Positions 14,486 to 25,605 of a stretch of DNA of 64,000 nt are shown in pieces. The stretch is from Callorhinchus milii (taxonomy: Eukaryota): positions 74,340,001-74,404,000 of the forward strand of contig NW_024704743.1 in assembly GCF_018977255.1 (NCBI RefSeq), written 5' to 3'. Made by a program: the position numbers and the translations under genes. Positions within the stretch are counted from its first letter, which is position 1, and the number at the start of each line of letters is the position of its first letter. Below the pieces are notes generated by a model. The model saw only the letters and a program-made list of their open reading frames with translations, was not told the DNA's origin and searched no databases.

Positions 14486-14813
14486 TGGAGTCCTGTAGCT
14501 CAGTGGTTAGAGCACTCGCTTTGCAAGCGAGAGACCTGAGTTCAATTCCAGGCAGAGGGCGAAACCTTGGGCAAGTTTCCTTACTTCACACAGAGCCTAA
14601 TAATAATCCCTCCAAAACCAAAAAACAATAATAAATTGGTCATTTTCAATCTACGACTGTTTGTGGGACATTGCTGTGCGTAATTGGCTGCCGCGTTCGC
14701 CCACAAATATACAGTCAATTCACTTTACAGTGTGTTCTGTGAAGCGCTCTGGGACGTCCACCCGACGTGAAAAGCGCTATATCAAATGCAAGGATTATTA
14801 TTATTATTATTAT
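14486..14813 (+). mobile_element. Full-length young tRNA-Ala SINE
   Basis: A and B boxes, TGC anticodon arm, core, L2 tail, (tta)n. Near-identical to the copies at 19021 and 47539. Confidence 0.93.
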
Positions 14814-15718
14814 CCATTTTTAAGCAAAGAATGTTTAGAGGCCTATAAAGTTGTGGATTGATGAGTGTCTGCAGGCCTGTTTCAAAAGAAGGCCAGTTAA
14901 AAATGAAGAAAATCATTGGCCAAGTATCATCACATATCTCCCAAAATATTTAGCATCAAGAGGACCCACATGTAAATATATCTGATGCTTAGTTTAATGA
15001 AGCATCAATTTTATAAAGCATCAATTCTCTTATGAGGAAAAGCATTTGCAGCTTCTTAAAATCTAGTTTGAGTCAAGTGTGTATTTACAAAGTATACAAC
15101 ATAATTTCCCTCACTTAGAAGAGTCGCATCTAAAGGTGAAAATGGATACACAATATATAGGCTCATTTGGAGTATAAACATTGGTAGTGACCAGCTGCTC
15201 TGAATGGCCTATTTCTACATATTGATCTATTCTATCTAATAATCTGCAACTAACAAAAAGTCTAGAAATTCATTTTGCATTAACAATTTTCATTATTCGT
15301 GTGAGCAGTAGAATCATAGAAATTTACAGCCCAGAAGGAAGTCATTCGGCACATCGAGTCTTTCAGAGCAAGGGGTTCATTAAATTCCACTACTCTGCCC
15401 TATCCCGTTAGCCATACCTACTTCCCAGGTAAATATTACCATAAGATACGATGTTAAAGATACTAATAAAACACTGTGTTAAATACAGTATAGTTGAACT
15501 CAATTAAATTAATTCATCAATTAAATATGTTTTCTGAATTTCTGAGATTAAAATTTAAATAAATGCATTCGCAGAAAATTACTTCATGAGTAGTTAGACA
15601 GCTATTCAGACAAAATACAAATGCCAAACTTAGTATATTTAAACCCCTCAAAGACAGATGCCATGATTTAGAATTCATGCAACCATTACTTTTTACTTTG
15701 TTGAAGGACATGTTTTAC

Positions 15719-15835
15719 CTGTTGTTTTAAGGCCTCCAGACTTTCAAATTCCAGCCTGAACAGTTTATTTCTGATGTCAGTGGGTATATCAGGGATGCTA
15801 AAGGCCACGATAAACTTCAGAACCAAAAGAATATG
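15719..15835 (-). CDS. ANO10: ANO10 coding exon 11 ([39 protein letters not shown])
   Basis: 117 bp, CAG/GT boundaries, IPD.P motif and [12 protein letters not shown]. Confidence 0.95.
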
Positions 15836-16337
15836 CTGCAAAATAGTAAAACAAAGAATCTAGGATTAGATATCTGTAGTACTCATATAATTTCATTCAT
15901 ATTTACAGTACATCTTGACATTGGAGGGGAAACAGTGAAAGACAATGAAAAGGACAAAATTAGTTATGAGAAGCTACAAAACTGGGAATGTTCACACTGA
16001 AGAGCAGATTCAGGGGAAATCTTATACAAGTATGCAAAATCCTAATTGACATAGGTAAATGTAATGTTTAACATGGTCAACAATTTGAAGGATACAGATT
16101 TCAGAAGAGGGTAGAAAAGCAGTTCAGATTTAAATACTTTACCTGGAGTGGTGACGTCCTTGGGACGTCCTCCCCACGTGAAAGGTCCTATACAAATGTA
16201 ATTTGTTATTGAATATGGGGAATAGACTATCCAGGGAGGGAGTTATTTGGCGAAGAAATTGATGAGTATAAAAAAAGGTAGCGAAAGTTCACTTTGTAAT
16301 GTTTTTATTCACACTGTTGTCTAAACATTTTAGTAGT

Positions 16338-16680
16338 TAATAATGATAATCCTTGCATTTCATATAGCACCTTATCACATCTTCAAGATGCCTCAAAGCG
16401 CTTCACAGAATTTGCTGCAAGGTGTAGTAACTGTATATTTTGTGGGCGAAACAGGGCAGCCAATTGCGCACTGCATGTGTCCCAAAACAGTCGTGGATTG
16501 AGTAACCAAATTATTATTATTTTTGGGGGGAAGGAATTATTACCCCTGAAAAAGCAATCCACCCATCAACAACTGGGTTCCCACTTACGGCTAGGTAACC
16601 AGAGCTTTGTATGTGGAGGAAGGAAACGTGCCCAACGTTTCGCCCTGCCCAGGAATTAAACCCAGGACCTCTCGCTTGAA
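16338..16680 (-). mobile_element. tRNA SINE, long variant
   Basis: Reverse complement of the SINE with the extra internal segment. Confidence 0.8.
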
Positions 16681-18029
16681 AGACAACAATTTTGAGTTAA
16701 GTCAGGACATGTAGCGCAGCAAAAAAACACAGGACAGATAATAGGTGAAATTAGCATGTAAGGAATTTTACTGACATTGCGACATGCACCCTTAATAAGT
16801 GCTTTGAAAATGCATTAATTGATGACTACTTACAGCAACAGCACTTATAACACTCATAAGTTGCATTAAGCACCTCCACACACTCTTCTGGAATTGTAGA
16901 GATGCCAACTTGCTTCATCAATATACTTACAAGTTCCATGAAATATTATTTATTTGGTCTTAAATACCACAGCAGGCCTGATATATGCATGGTATTGCAG
17001 CTTGCAAGATTGCGCTAGTGTAGAAGATTAGCATGGTGTCATTAAATGCTTTGTTCAAAGGAGTCTAGTGTGAATGTAGGAATTACAAATATCAATCTCG
17101 TATCATAAGCTACATTAGTGGGATTCAGTTTTTTGGGAAATGACAAAATTCAAAGACATAGTGGTTGGACACCACTCATACATGGAGCATTTGCTCAAAG
17201 AGGTTCAATACATTGACTGGGTAAAAGAGGCGTATCCGAGGAAACGAATCAGATGAAATGCCAGCTTTTTTGCAAGCTTTTCTTTGGTCAGTTGTGTGTC
17301 TAATACATATGGAAACCCATTAATATGTTTAAGAATGTCCAAACCAAACAGAGTTCCACGTATGTATGCCACCTACATAAGACAATTTCCTCACATCTGG
17401 AATGGAATATGCACTCACCCCCTGGAGGGATGCATTCTACTTACCTAATCCCAGAGAACATTAGGCACAAGATGGCAAGAGTCAAGGCTTGAAGACCCCA
17501 GAATGTGTTGGGTACTCCTGGAGGTCAATCATGCATGTTAAAACTGTAGCTTGCTACTGAAAGCACTGTCTGACAAGTTTCCTGCATGCTAAGCTAGGAC
17601 CACTCTACCCATTAGGGCTTTGGAAAGCCGAGTTAACAAGAGAATCCTTGCCCCCAGTGCCCTTCCCCGAGCCAGGCTAGCTAGTCTGTTTTCAGCGATA
17701 TTCTGGAGTATTGCAGACTCGCCTGGCTCAGGAGCTGGAGTACCAAGACCATCACCGAGGGTTGACTTGATTCCAACATTCCATTGCCAAGTACGTCAAC
17801 TTGGAGCCAACTCTGCCTAATGTATTATAATCATGTATCAGCAGTATATGCAAATTGAAATGAGTTTCATGTCTCTGGTGGACAAGACACTAAAAGCTAT
17901 TACCAGCTACAGCAAGTGTTGGCAACACAGTTATGGAACATTATACCCATAATCACCACCAACAACAAATTACATTTTATATAGTACCTTATCATGTTGT
18001 CAAACGTCTCAAAGAGTTGTAAGAGGATT

Positions 18030-19020
18030 TTACTTCACATGTATGCGGATGACACCCAACTCTACCTTTCCTCCTCTACCCTCAACTCCACGGCCACCGA
18101 TGTCCTGACAGCCTGCCTGTCCGACATCGAGTCCTGGACGAGAGACAACTTTCTTCAGCTCAACGTGCGCAAAACTGAGGCCCTCCTGATTGGCTCATGT
18201 CAGCGCCTCCGCACCTCAGGCGCTGACAGCATCAGCATCCAAGGCTGCACTCTCCACCTCTCAAAGCCAGTCAGGAACCTCGGGGTTCTGTTCGACCCTG
18301 AGCTGTCCTTTAAACTTTATATCAGCCCCACCACTGGCACCGCCTTCCATCACCTCCGGAATGTCACCAGACTACGGCACTACCTCACCCCTCACGCTGC
18401 TGAAACTCTGGTCCACGCCTTTATCACCTCAAGACTGGACTATGGGAACTCTCTCCTCGCCGGCCTTCACGGCACCTCCCTCCACAAGCTGCAGGTCATT
18501 CAGAACTCTGCAGCTCGTGTACTGTCCTACACCAGACTTCGGGACCACATCACTCCCACCCTCGCTCGCCTCCACTGGCTCCCCATCCCCCAGAGGATTG
18601 ATTTCAAGATCCTCACCCTCACCTACAAGGCCATTCACGGCCTTGCACCCTCCTACCTCTCCGACCTACTATCCCCCCATGTACCTGCCCGTACCCTCCG
18701 TTCCTCTGGCTCCGGTCTGCTCCACATCCCCCGCCCCAACCGCCCTACCATCGGTGGCCGGACCTTCAGCCTCTCAGTCCCGAGGCTCTGGAACTCTATC
18801 CCCCAGTGCCTTCGCCGCCTCCTCCCTTTCCTCCTTCAAGGCCGGTCTCAAGACCTTTCTCTTTGACCGTGCCTTCAGCTCCCCTCTCGACTCTCTACCC
18901 CCTCCTCGCTCCCTCCCTCCCCTCACCCTGACCATTTCCCCCCTGCTCGGGTCCTGACCCAACTGTCCAGCGCCTTGGGACATCCTCCCAACGTGAAAGG
19001 CGCTCTCTAAATGAAATTTG
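18030..19020 (+). mobile_element. Young 5'-truncated L2 LINE (RT C-terminus and 3' UTR)
   Basis: Open frame HMYADDTQLY...LQLNVRKTE...RNLGV.FD..LSF...SRLDYGNSLL...HWLP, followed by the stem-loop tail. Confidence 0.93.
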
Positions 19021-19350
19021 TGGAGTCCTGTAGCTCAGTGGTTAGAGCACTCGTTTTGCAAGCGAGAGACCTGGGTTCAATCCCAGGCAGAGGGCGAAAC
19101 CTTGGGCAAGTTTCGTTACTCCACACAGAGCCTAATAATAATCCCTCCAAAACCAAAAACAATAATAAATTGGTCATTTTCAATCTACAACTGTTTGTGG
19201 GACATTGCTGTGCGCAAATGGCTGCCGCGTTCGCCCACAAATATACAGTCAATTCACTTTACAGTGTGTTCTGTGAAGCGCTTTGGGATGTCCTCCCGAC
19301 GTGAAAAGCACTATATCAAATGCAAGGATTATTATTATTTATTATTATTA
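19021..19350 (+). mobile_element. Full-length young tRNA-Ala SINE abutting the L2 tail
   Basis: Same head, core and tail as the copy at 14486. Confidence 0.93.
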
Positions 19351-20869
19351 TCTTGTTGTTGTTGTTCACTGAAAAATGTAGTGACTGTGTACTTGTAGGT
19401 GCCAAAGTTGCAAAAAAAATTATCAAGTTAAGGGTTCATTCGTTTTTCAGCTTTATCTGTCAGAAACAAGTAAAATCACCTGGAGTAAAAGTGACGATTA
19501 GTTTGGATAAATGAGATTAATGCTACCACTGTGGGGAGCGACAAAAGAGGTGTGGCAATCTTTGGAGCTAACATTGTACCAAAGCTGCTAACAGTCAGTT
19601 ACACCCGGAGCCAGTCTTTAGCAATAGGTTTGAATTTGTAATGTTGAAGAGATTGAAGCTTCTTATGAAATTAAAACATGCCTAAACAGGACAGTTATTA
19701 ATCAAACAGCATCAGAAATCAAAATGGAATTCCAACAATGAACAAGATAACCCAAATATTCACCAAGAGTTTTCTATGTGCCTTTTCCAAGAAAACAATT
19801 TTCTTCTGTCACACAAAATGACTTCAATCTAGTCTTTAAGGAAATCCTGCCATTTAAGTATTCCCATTGGAATATGAATTACAGTAAGGAATTCCTTATA
19901 TTGGATATTTTACAAGATATTCTGCCCATCTATGTTGGAGTAGTGGGATGCAAGACAAAACACTGAAGATTTGCCAAATTTAAAATGGTGCCAGCAGTAC
20001 AGAGCACAGCTTGTGTACAACACATACTTAGCCTGACAAATTGCACTGCTAATGATGCATCCACTTATTTGAAAACTCTTTTAATAAAAAATGCTCCACA
20101 AAATCTGGAGGGAAAATCAGCACAGGCTACAAAGAATGACACCAGTGCAAGGTCACATTTGAAGAGGCAAAGGTTGCTGACAGGCGTAGTTTAAGATAAT
20201 AAGTTTGTACTATTTAGAATACAAACAAAGGGCACTGCAAATAACAAGCTTTCGCACTCAAATCTGCCATATTCAGTCTGAAGATCTTTTCTCCAACAGC
20301 ATGAGCATGCTGTGCCCTGGGTCTGTGCTTCCTTCCCCTTTAAACCATTTTCCTCTTTCTTAAAACTAGCCATCAGCTATAGTTATATAAGCTTGAGATC
20401 AGAAAGGCAAAAATAGTACGAGAACAGGTTTTGCTCTGACGTATCCCGTCATTAGTGTATTCAAAGGTGAAAATTGTATTCAGAGCAGCTGCACTTTTCA
20501 TGCCACTGCGTACATGAGCATGGAGACTCATTCCCAGTGCTGGAGGGATACTAAAAGGAGAAAGATTCCCTGGTTTAACTAACCTCACAGCCTCCAAGGC
20601 CTTGGCTACTATCTCCTCATTTGGGTTTGCTCTGAGGTGGCAGAATGTGAAAGCAGGTTAGCATGAAACAGAATGGCAGTGAGATCACACATCCATCCAT
20701 GTGTCAATTAACTGAAATAAGTCAATTGTTGGCAAAATGATTACAATTGTTGGTAACTGGATTAAGCAATAGGCAAACATCATGCAGCATGTTCTATACA
20801 TTACAGAAAGAACTCGGGATTGGCATGCTGACTGACATTTAATTGAAAAATTAAATAATTAAATTAACA

Positions 20870-21875
20870 ACAATAAATTACATTTGTAAAGCGTCCTTCA
20901 CATCAGAAAGATATCCCAGGATGCTGGACAGTCGGGAGTTTCTGGACCCGAGTTGGGAGTTGGGGTGAGGAGGGGTGGAGGTCAGTGGGGTGGGAGTTGG
21001 GGTGAGGAGGGGTGGAGGTCAGTGGGGTGGGAGTTGGGGTGAGAGGGTGGCCGAAGAGGAAAGTCTTTAGACGCGACTTGAAGGGAGGCAAGAGAGGGGG
21101 TGAGGCAGAGGGATTGTGGGATAGAGTTCCAGAGTGTGGGGGCAGAGATGCTGAATGTCCGACCGCCAATGGTGGGGTGGGAAGTGCAGGGGACCTGAAG
21201 CAGGCTGGTGTCCGCTGAGCGGAGGGAGCGGACAGGCTGATATGGGGTTAGGAGGTCGGAGAGGTGGGGGGAGGGGAGCAAGACCGTGGAGGGCCTTGAA
21301 GGTAAAAACGAGGGTTTTGTACTCGATTCTCTGAGGAATGGGGAGCCAGTGAAGCCGGCAAGAACAGGCGTGATTGTTTCGCGGAGCTTGATGCGGGAGA
21401 GGACATGAGCTGCAGTTTTGAATAATCTGCAGTTTGTGGAGGGAAGAGTTTGGAAGTCCAATGAGCAGGCAGTTGGTGTAATCGAGCCGGGACGTAATGA
21501 AAGCGGAGCTCAGCGGTCTGTAGTGAGAGGCAGGGCTGAGGCAGGCAATGTTATGGAGGTGGGGAAAGGCGGAACAGGTCACGGCACGAATGTGGGGTTT
21601 GAAGGATAGCCTTAGGGTTTAAAAGGACACCAAGGTTTCGTATTGGCTCAGTGAGGTGAAGAGTGCAGCCATGAATGGTGATAGTGTCAGTGGCTGAGGT
21701 ACAGAGGCACTGTTGAGAGCCAAGCAGAAGAGCCTTTGTCTTGCCAATATTGAGCTGGAGGAAGTTGGCTCTCATCTAGGATTTGATGTCAGTCAGACAA
21801 TTTGCCAGGACATCAACAGTAATGGAGTCGAGGGTGGAGGCAGCGAAGTTGACCCCATGCCTGCGGATGACATCA
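20870..21875 (-). mobile_element. L2 3' portion with a 37-bp tandem duplication (20954-21043) in its 3' UTR
   Basis: Minus-strand ORFs contain NFLQLNIGKTK, RNLGVL, SRLDYTN and HWLPIPQRIEYK. Confidence 0.9.
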
Positions 21876-22249
21876 CTAAGTGGTGATTGAGTCAAAGTTA
21901 TCTCTCTGTTGCAGTATTATATAAGCAAGTGCTAATAATGTATTGAACCAGAGAATGTTCAGAACCAGATTTCAATGCGGTGGGACTCAACCTCAATATC
22001 AAATTACAATATACTCCATAGATTCAGGACAACACTAGTAATTATTTGTGAATAAAACATTGCTGAATGGCCAAAGCCTAGATACAAGATCACAATACAA
22101 TAGATCATACAAGACGTTTGGATGAAGGCCCTTCGACCCATTTGATCTCTTCCTTTCAAAATATGAACTCTTCCATTTCCCCAACATAATGTCAAGCCAT
22201 TTCTTAAAAGCATCCAGACTTCAATCAGCCTTCCTGGTGGCTAATCTGG

Positions 22250-22740
22250 CCTCGCAAGCGAGAGACCCAGGTTTGATTCCCAACAGGGCGAAATGTTGGG
22301 CAATAATAATAATAATAATAATCCTTGCATTTGATATAGCGCCTTATCATGTCTTTGAGATGTCTCGAAGTGCTTCACAGAATATACTGTAAAGTGAATT
22401 GACTGTAGATTTTGTGGGTGAAACTTGGAAGTCAATTGCGCACAGCAGTGTCCCACAACAGTTGTGGATTGAGTGACCAATTTTTTTTTGAAAGAATTAT
22501 TACTCCTGTAAAAGCAATCCGCCAGTCGACTAAACAACAGGTTCCTATTTACTGCTAGGCAAATAGAGGCATGTGGAGTAAGGAAACTTAACCAATGTTT
22601 CGTCCTGTTTCCTTACTCCACACACTTCTGGTTACCTAGCAGTAAATAGTAACCCAGTTGTTAGTCTATTGGCGGATCGCTTTTCCGGGGATAGTAATCC
22701 CTCAAGAAAAAAAAAACTGCTGTGCGCAATTGGCTTCTTT
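22250..22740. mobile_element. Nested SINEs: an antisense copy (about 22304-22607) inside a sense copy
   Basis: The sense copy breaks at gggcaa and resumes at tttccttactccac after the reversed copy. Confidence 0.75.
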
Positions 22741-24361
22741 TCAAAAGCATCACCTAGGTACACTTACGTAAAGGTTTTGTTGTTTGTTCTAAACCTCCCC
22801 TTCAGAATCCTGAATCTATGCCCTCTTGTCCTTGATGTATCTGAAAGTATTAATATGGGCTTATTATCTCTAACCAGTTAAGACATTTTTCATCTCATTT
22901 AATTGCTAGTCCTGAAAGATGGTGTTACTAAAAAGCCAAATGCTACAAAGATGTAGCTCTAACCCATCGGTTACAAAAACCTGCTTAAGTAAATTGTGGG
23001 CACATTTCGAAATGTGGAAAATTCTGAAAGATCTTGTGAACTGTAACCGTGCCAACCAAACCAGTTGAGATCTATAAAAAATATGCTCAGTTTTATTTGT
23101 ACTTCTGTAGATTTTAGCAGCTCCTGAGCTGGATGAGCTGTACAGCAACAGTGCTAATCACTGGTAGTGGATAGGTTTGTTTTTCATCAGGTGCTACTGG
23201 CAGAATTCTGTGAACAGTTATCTTTCTTAAGAGTTAGGATCGTTGGCATAGTCACCACCATGTGCAAATGTCACAACAGTTATTAAAAGTAGAATTAGCT
23301 AAGTTGTAGTTAATGAAGAATAATGTGTCAGTCACGCGCTGGAACATATTCTAAATTGAAGGTAAATGGAACTCCAAACCCAAAATTGGACTCAGTAAAG
23401 TGATTAATGTGATGCGTTGCCATGTAGTATCTTACTGGAATGCTAATGTAGCAATACCTGATCTGCTTGGATTCTGTTCAGTAAATCCATGACAGCAACA
23501 TTGGATATCGAGTCATACCAGAGATGCACATAATCCTCCCATCTGAACAGTCATCTTTACATGGTAATATCTAAAACAACTTTATTTTTCTTGGTCGTGT
23601 CAAACTAGATTCAATCCGGAAGCAATTCCTCAGGATAAAGAAGAACACAGTAACAGCAATCATGAACGGTAAAACTTTAATCTTCCTTGACTGTGTGCAC
23701 TTTCTGCATGAATTAAACACTCCGCAAGAAATGTTAAAGGTCAGCCTGTCAGTACACATCAATCCAAATTTTTCTTGTATTATCATTTTCCCTCCAAATA
23801 CCAACAACTCTAGGAAGAAAATTCCACTGATTTTTTTAAAAAAGTGAAGCCAGTATTTCCTTCATTGGGTTATCATTTCTATTAATGTCACAAGTCAACT
23901 GAGCAACAACTTTCTTTCAGATGTACTCAAACCTTGCTCAGTAATAAAATCTATTGAGAATATATGCCAGGAAATAAAATATAAAAATTTAGCTTCAAGA
24001 CTTTGCCATTGTTTAAATTAACTTACAACATATTTTGTGAAGCGCTTTAAGACATCTCAACGATATAAGGCACTATATAAAATGCAGGCATTATTATTTT
24101 TTTGCTTTTCAACACAATTTAGAAATAACACAACTGCAATTTCAATTAGTCCCCACAACTGTCATTGGAAAATCTTAACTAGTTTTAACTAGTTCATGGC
24201 AAACAGCCTCCAACAGACTCCACCTTGTCAATGAGGCCAGACATGCACAGCCCTTTATATTAGCTAACTGCAAAGATCCCAGAGAATCTTTCACTGCTTT
24301 TCTTAGGTTTAAGTGCTGCTTCCATTTCTCTGATCCACCCATCTGCTTCAGTGAAGTAACA

Positions 24362-25605
24362 GTATTACAGTATAAAGGCATTTGACAAAGTGCCACATGA
24401 AAGACTTGCAAGAAAGATAGAAGGGAGAGTGGCAGCATGGATCCAGAACTGGTTGGAAGACAGAAAGCAGAGAGTGGTGGTGAACGGCTGCTTTTCTGAC
24501 TGGAGGGAATTGTACAGTGGCGTCCCCCAGGGATCTGTATCAGCGCCTTGGGACGTCCTCCCGACATGAAAGGCGCTCAATAAATGGAATCTTGTTGTTG
24601 TTGTTGTTGTTGTATTAGGACCACTGCTCTTCTTAATATACATAAATTATCTGGACTTGGGTATAGCAAGCACCATTTCCAAGTTTGCGGACGACACAAG
24701 TTAGGTAGGGTAGTAAACAGTGAGGATAGTAGCCAACTGCAGGAAGACATAGACAGAATGGTAAAGTGGGCAGACACATGGCAGATGAGCTTCAATGTAG
24801 AGAAATGCGAACTAATGCATTTTGGTAGAAAGAATGAGGGGAGGCAATATAGGCTGGTAATACAATCTTAAGGGGGGTAAAAGAACAGAGAGACCTGGGG
24901 GTGCAGGTAAATGAATCCTTGAAGGTGGCAGGACAGGTAGATAAGGCTGTAAAAATGGCAAATGGGGTTCTAGGCTTTATAAATAGGGGCATAGAGTACA
25001 AGAGTCAGGAGGTTATGATTAACCTGTATAAAGCACTGGTTAGGCCTCAGTTAGAATACTGCGCCCAGTTCTGGGCACCACACTATAGGAAGGATGTTAA
25101 GGCATTGGAAAGAGTGCAGAGGAGATTTACGAGGATGGTACCAGGAATGAGGGACCTTGATTATGAGGAAAGGCTGGAGAGGTTAGGATTATTCTCATTG
25201 GAGCAGAGAAGGTTACGAGGAGACCTAATAGAGGTCTTCAAAATCATGAGGGGATTTGATAGGTTAGAAAGGGAAAAACTGTTTCCACTGGTGGGTGTGT
25301 CGGTGACTCGAGGTCACAGATTCAAAATAGTCTCTAAAAGAAGCAGAGGGGAGGTGAGAAGAAATGTTTTCACGCAGCGAGTTGTTCGAATCTGGAACGC
25401 GTTGCCTGAAAGGGTGGTGGAGGCCGATTCGATAACAACTTTTAAAAACGGGGTGGACGGGTATTTGAGGAGGACGGGTTTGCAGGGTTATGGGGAAAGG
25501 GCTGGGAAGTGGGATTGACATTAATTGCTCTATTCAAAGAGCCGGCACAAACTCGATGGGCCGAATGGCCTCTTTTTGTGCTGTACAATTCTATGATTCT
25601 ATGAT
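24362..25605 (+). mobile_element. CR1 3' portion (RT and 3' UTR), interrupted by a 70-bp L2 tail
   Basis: GVPQGS motif, ORF 24901..25518 (LVRPQLEYCAQFWAPH, ERVQRRFTRM, RLRGDLIEVFK), terminal attctatg repeats. Confidence 0.93.

Noticed and set aside
17994..18866. 290-aa ORF (and the 205-aa ORF at 24901, 256-aa ORF at 61607) as host genes or active RT
   Set aside because: These are truncated LINE ORF2 fragments with incomplete domains or frameshifts.
19022..19095. tRNA-Ala(TGC)-like cloverleaf (also at 1845, 14487, 47540, 55427 and 56830-56900)
   Set aside because: The acceptor stem is poor and each copy continues into the SINE core and L2 tail, so these are SINE heads rather than tRNA genes.
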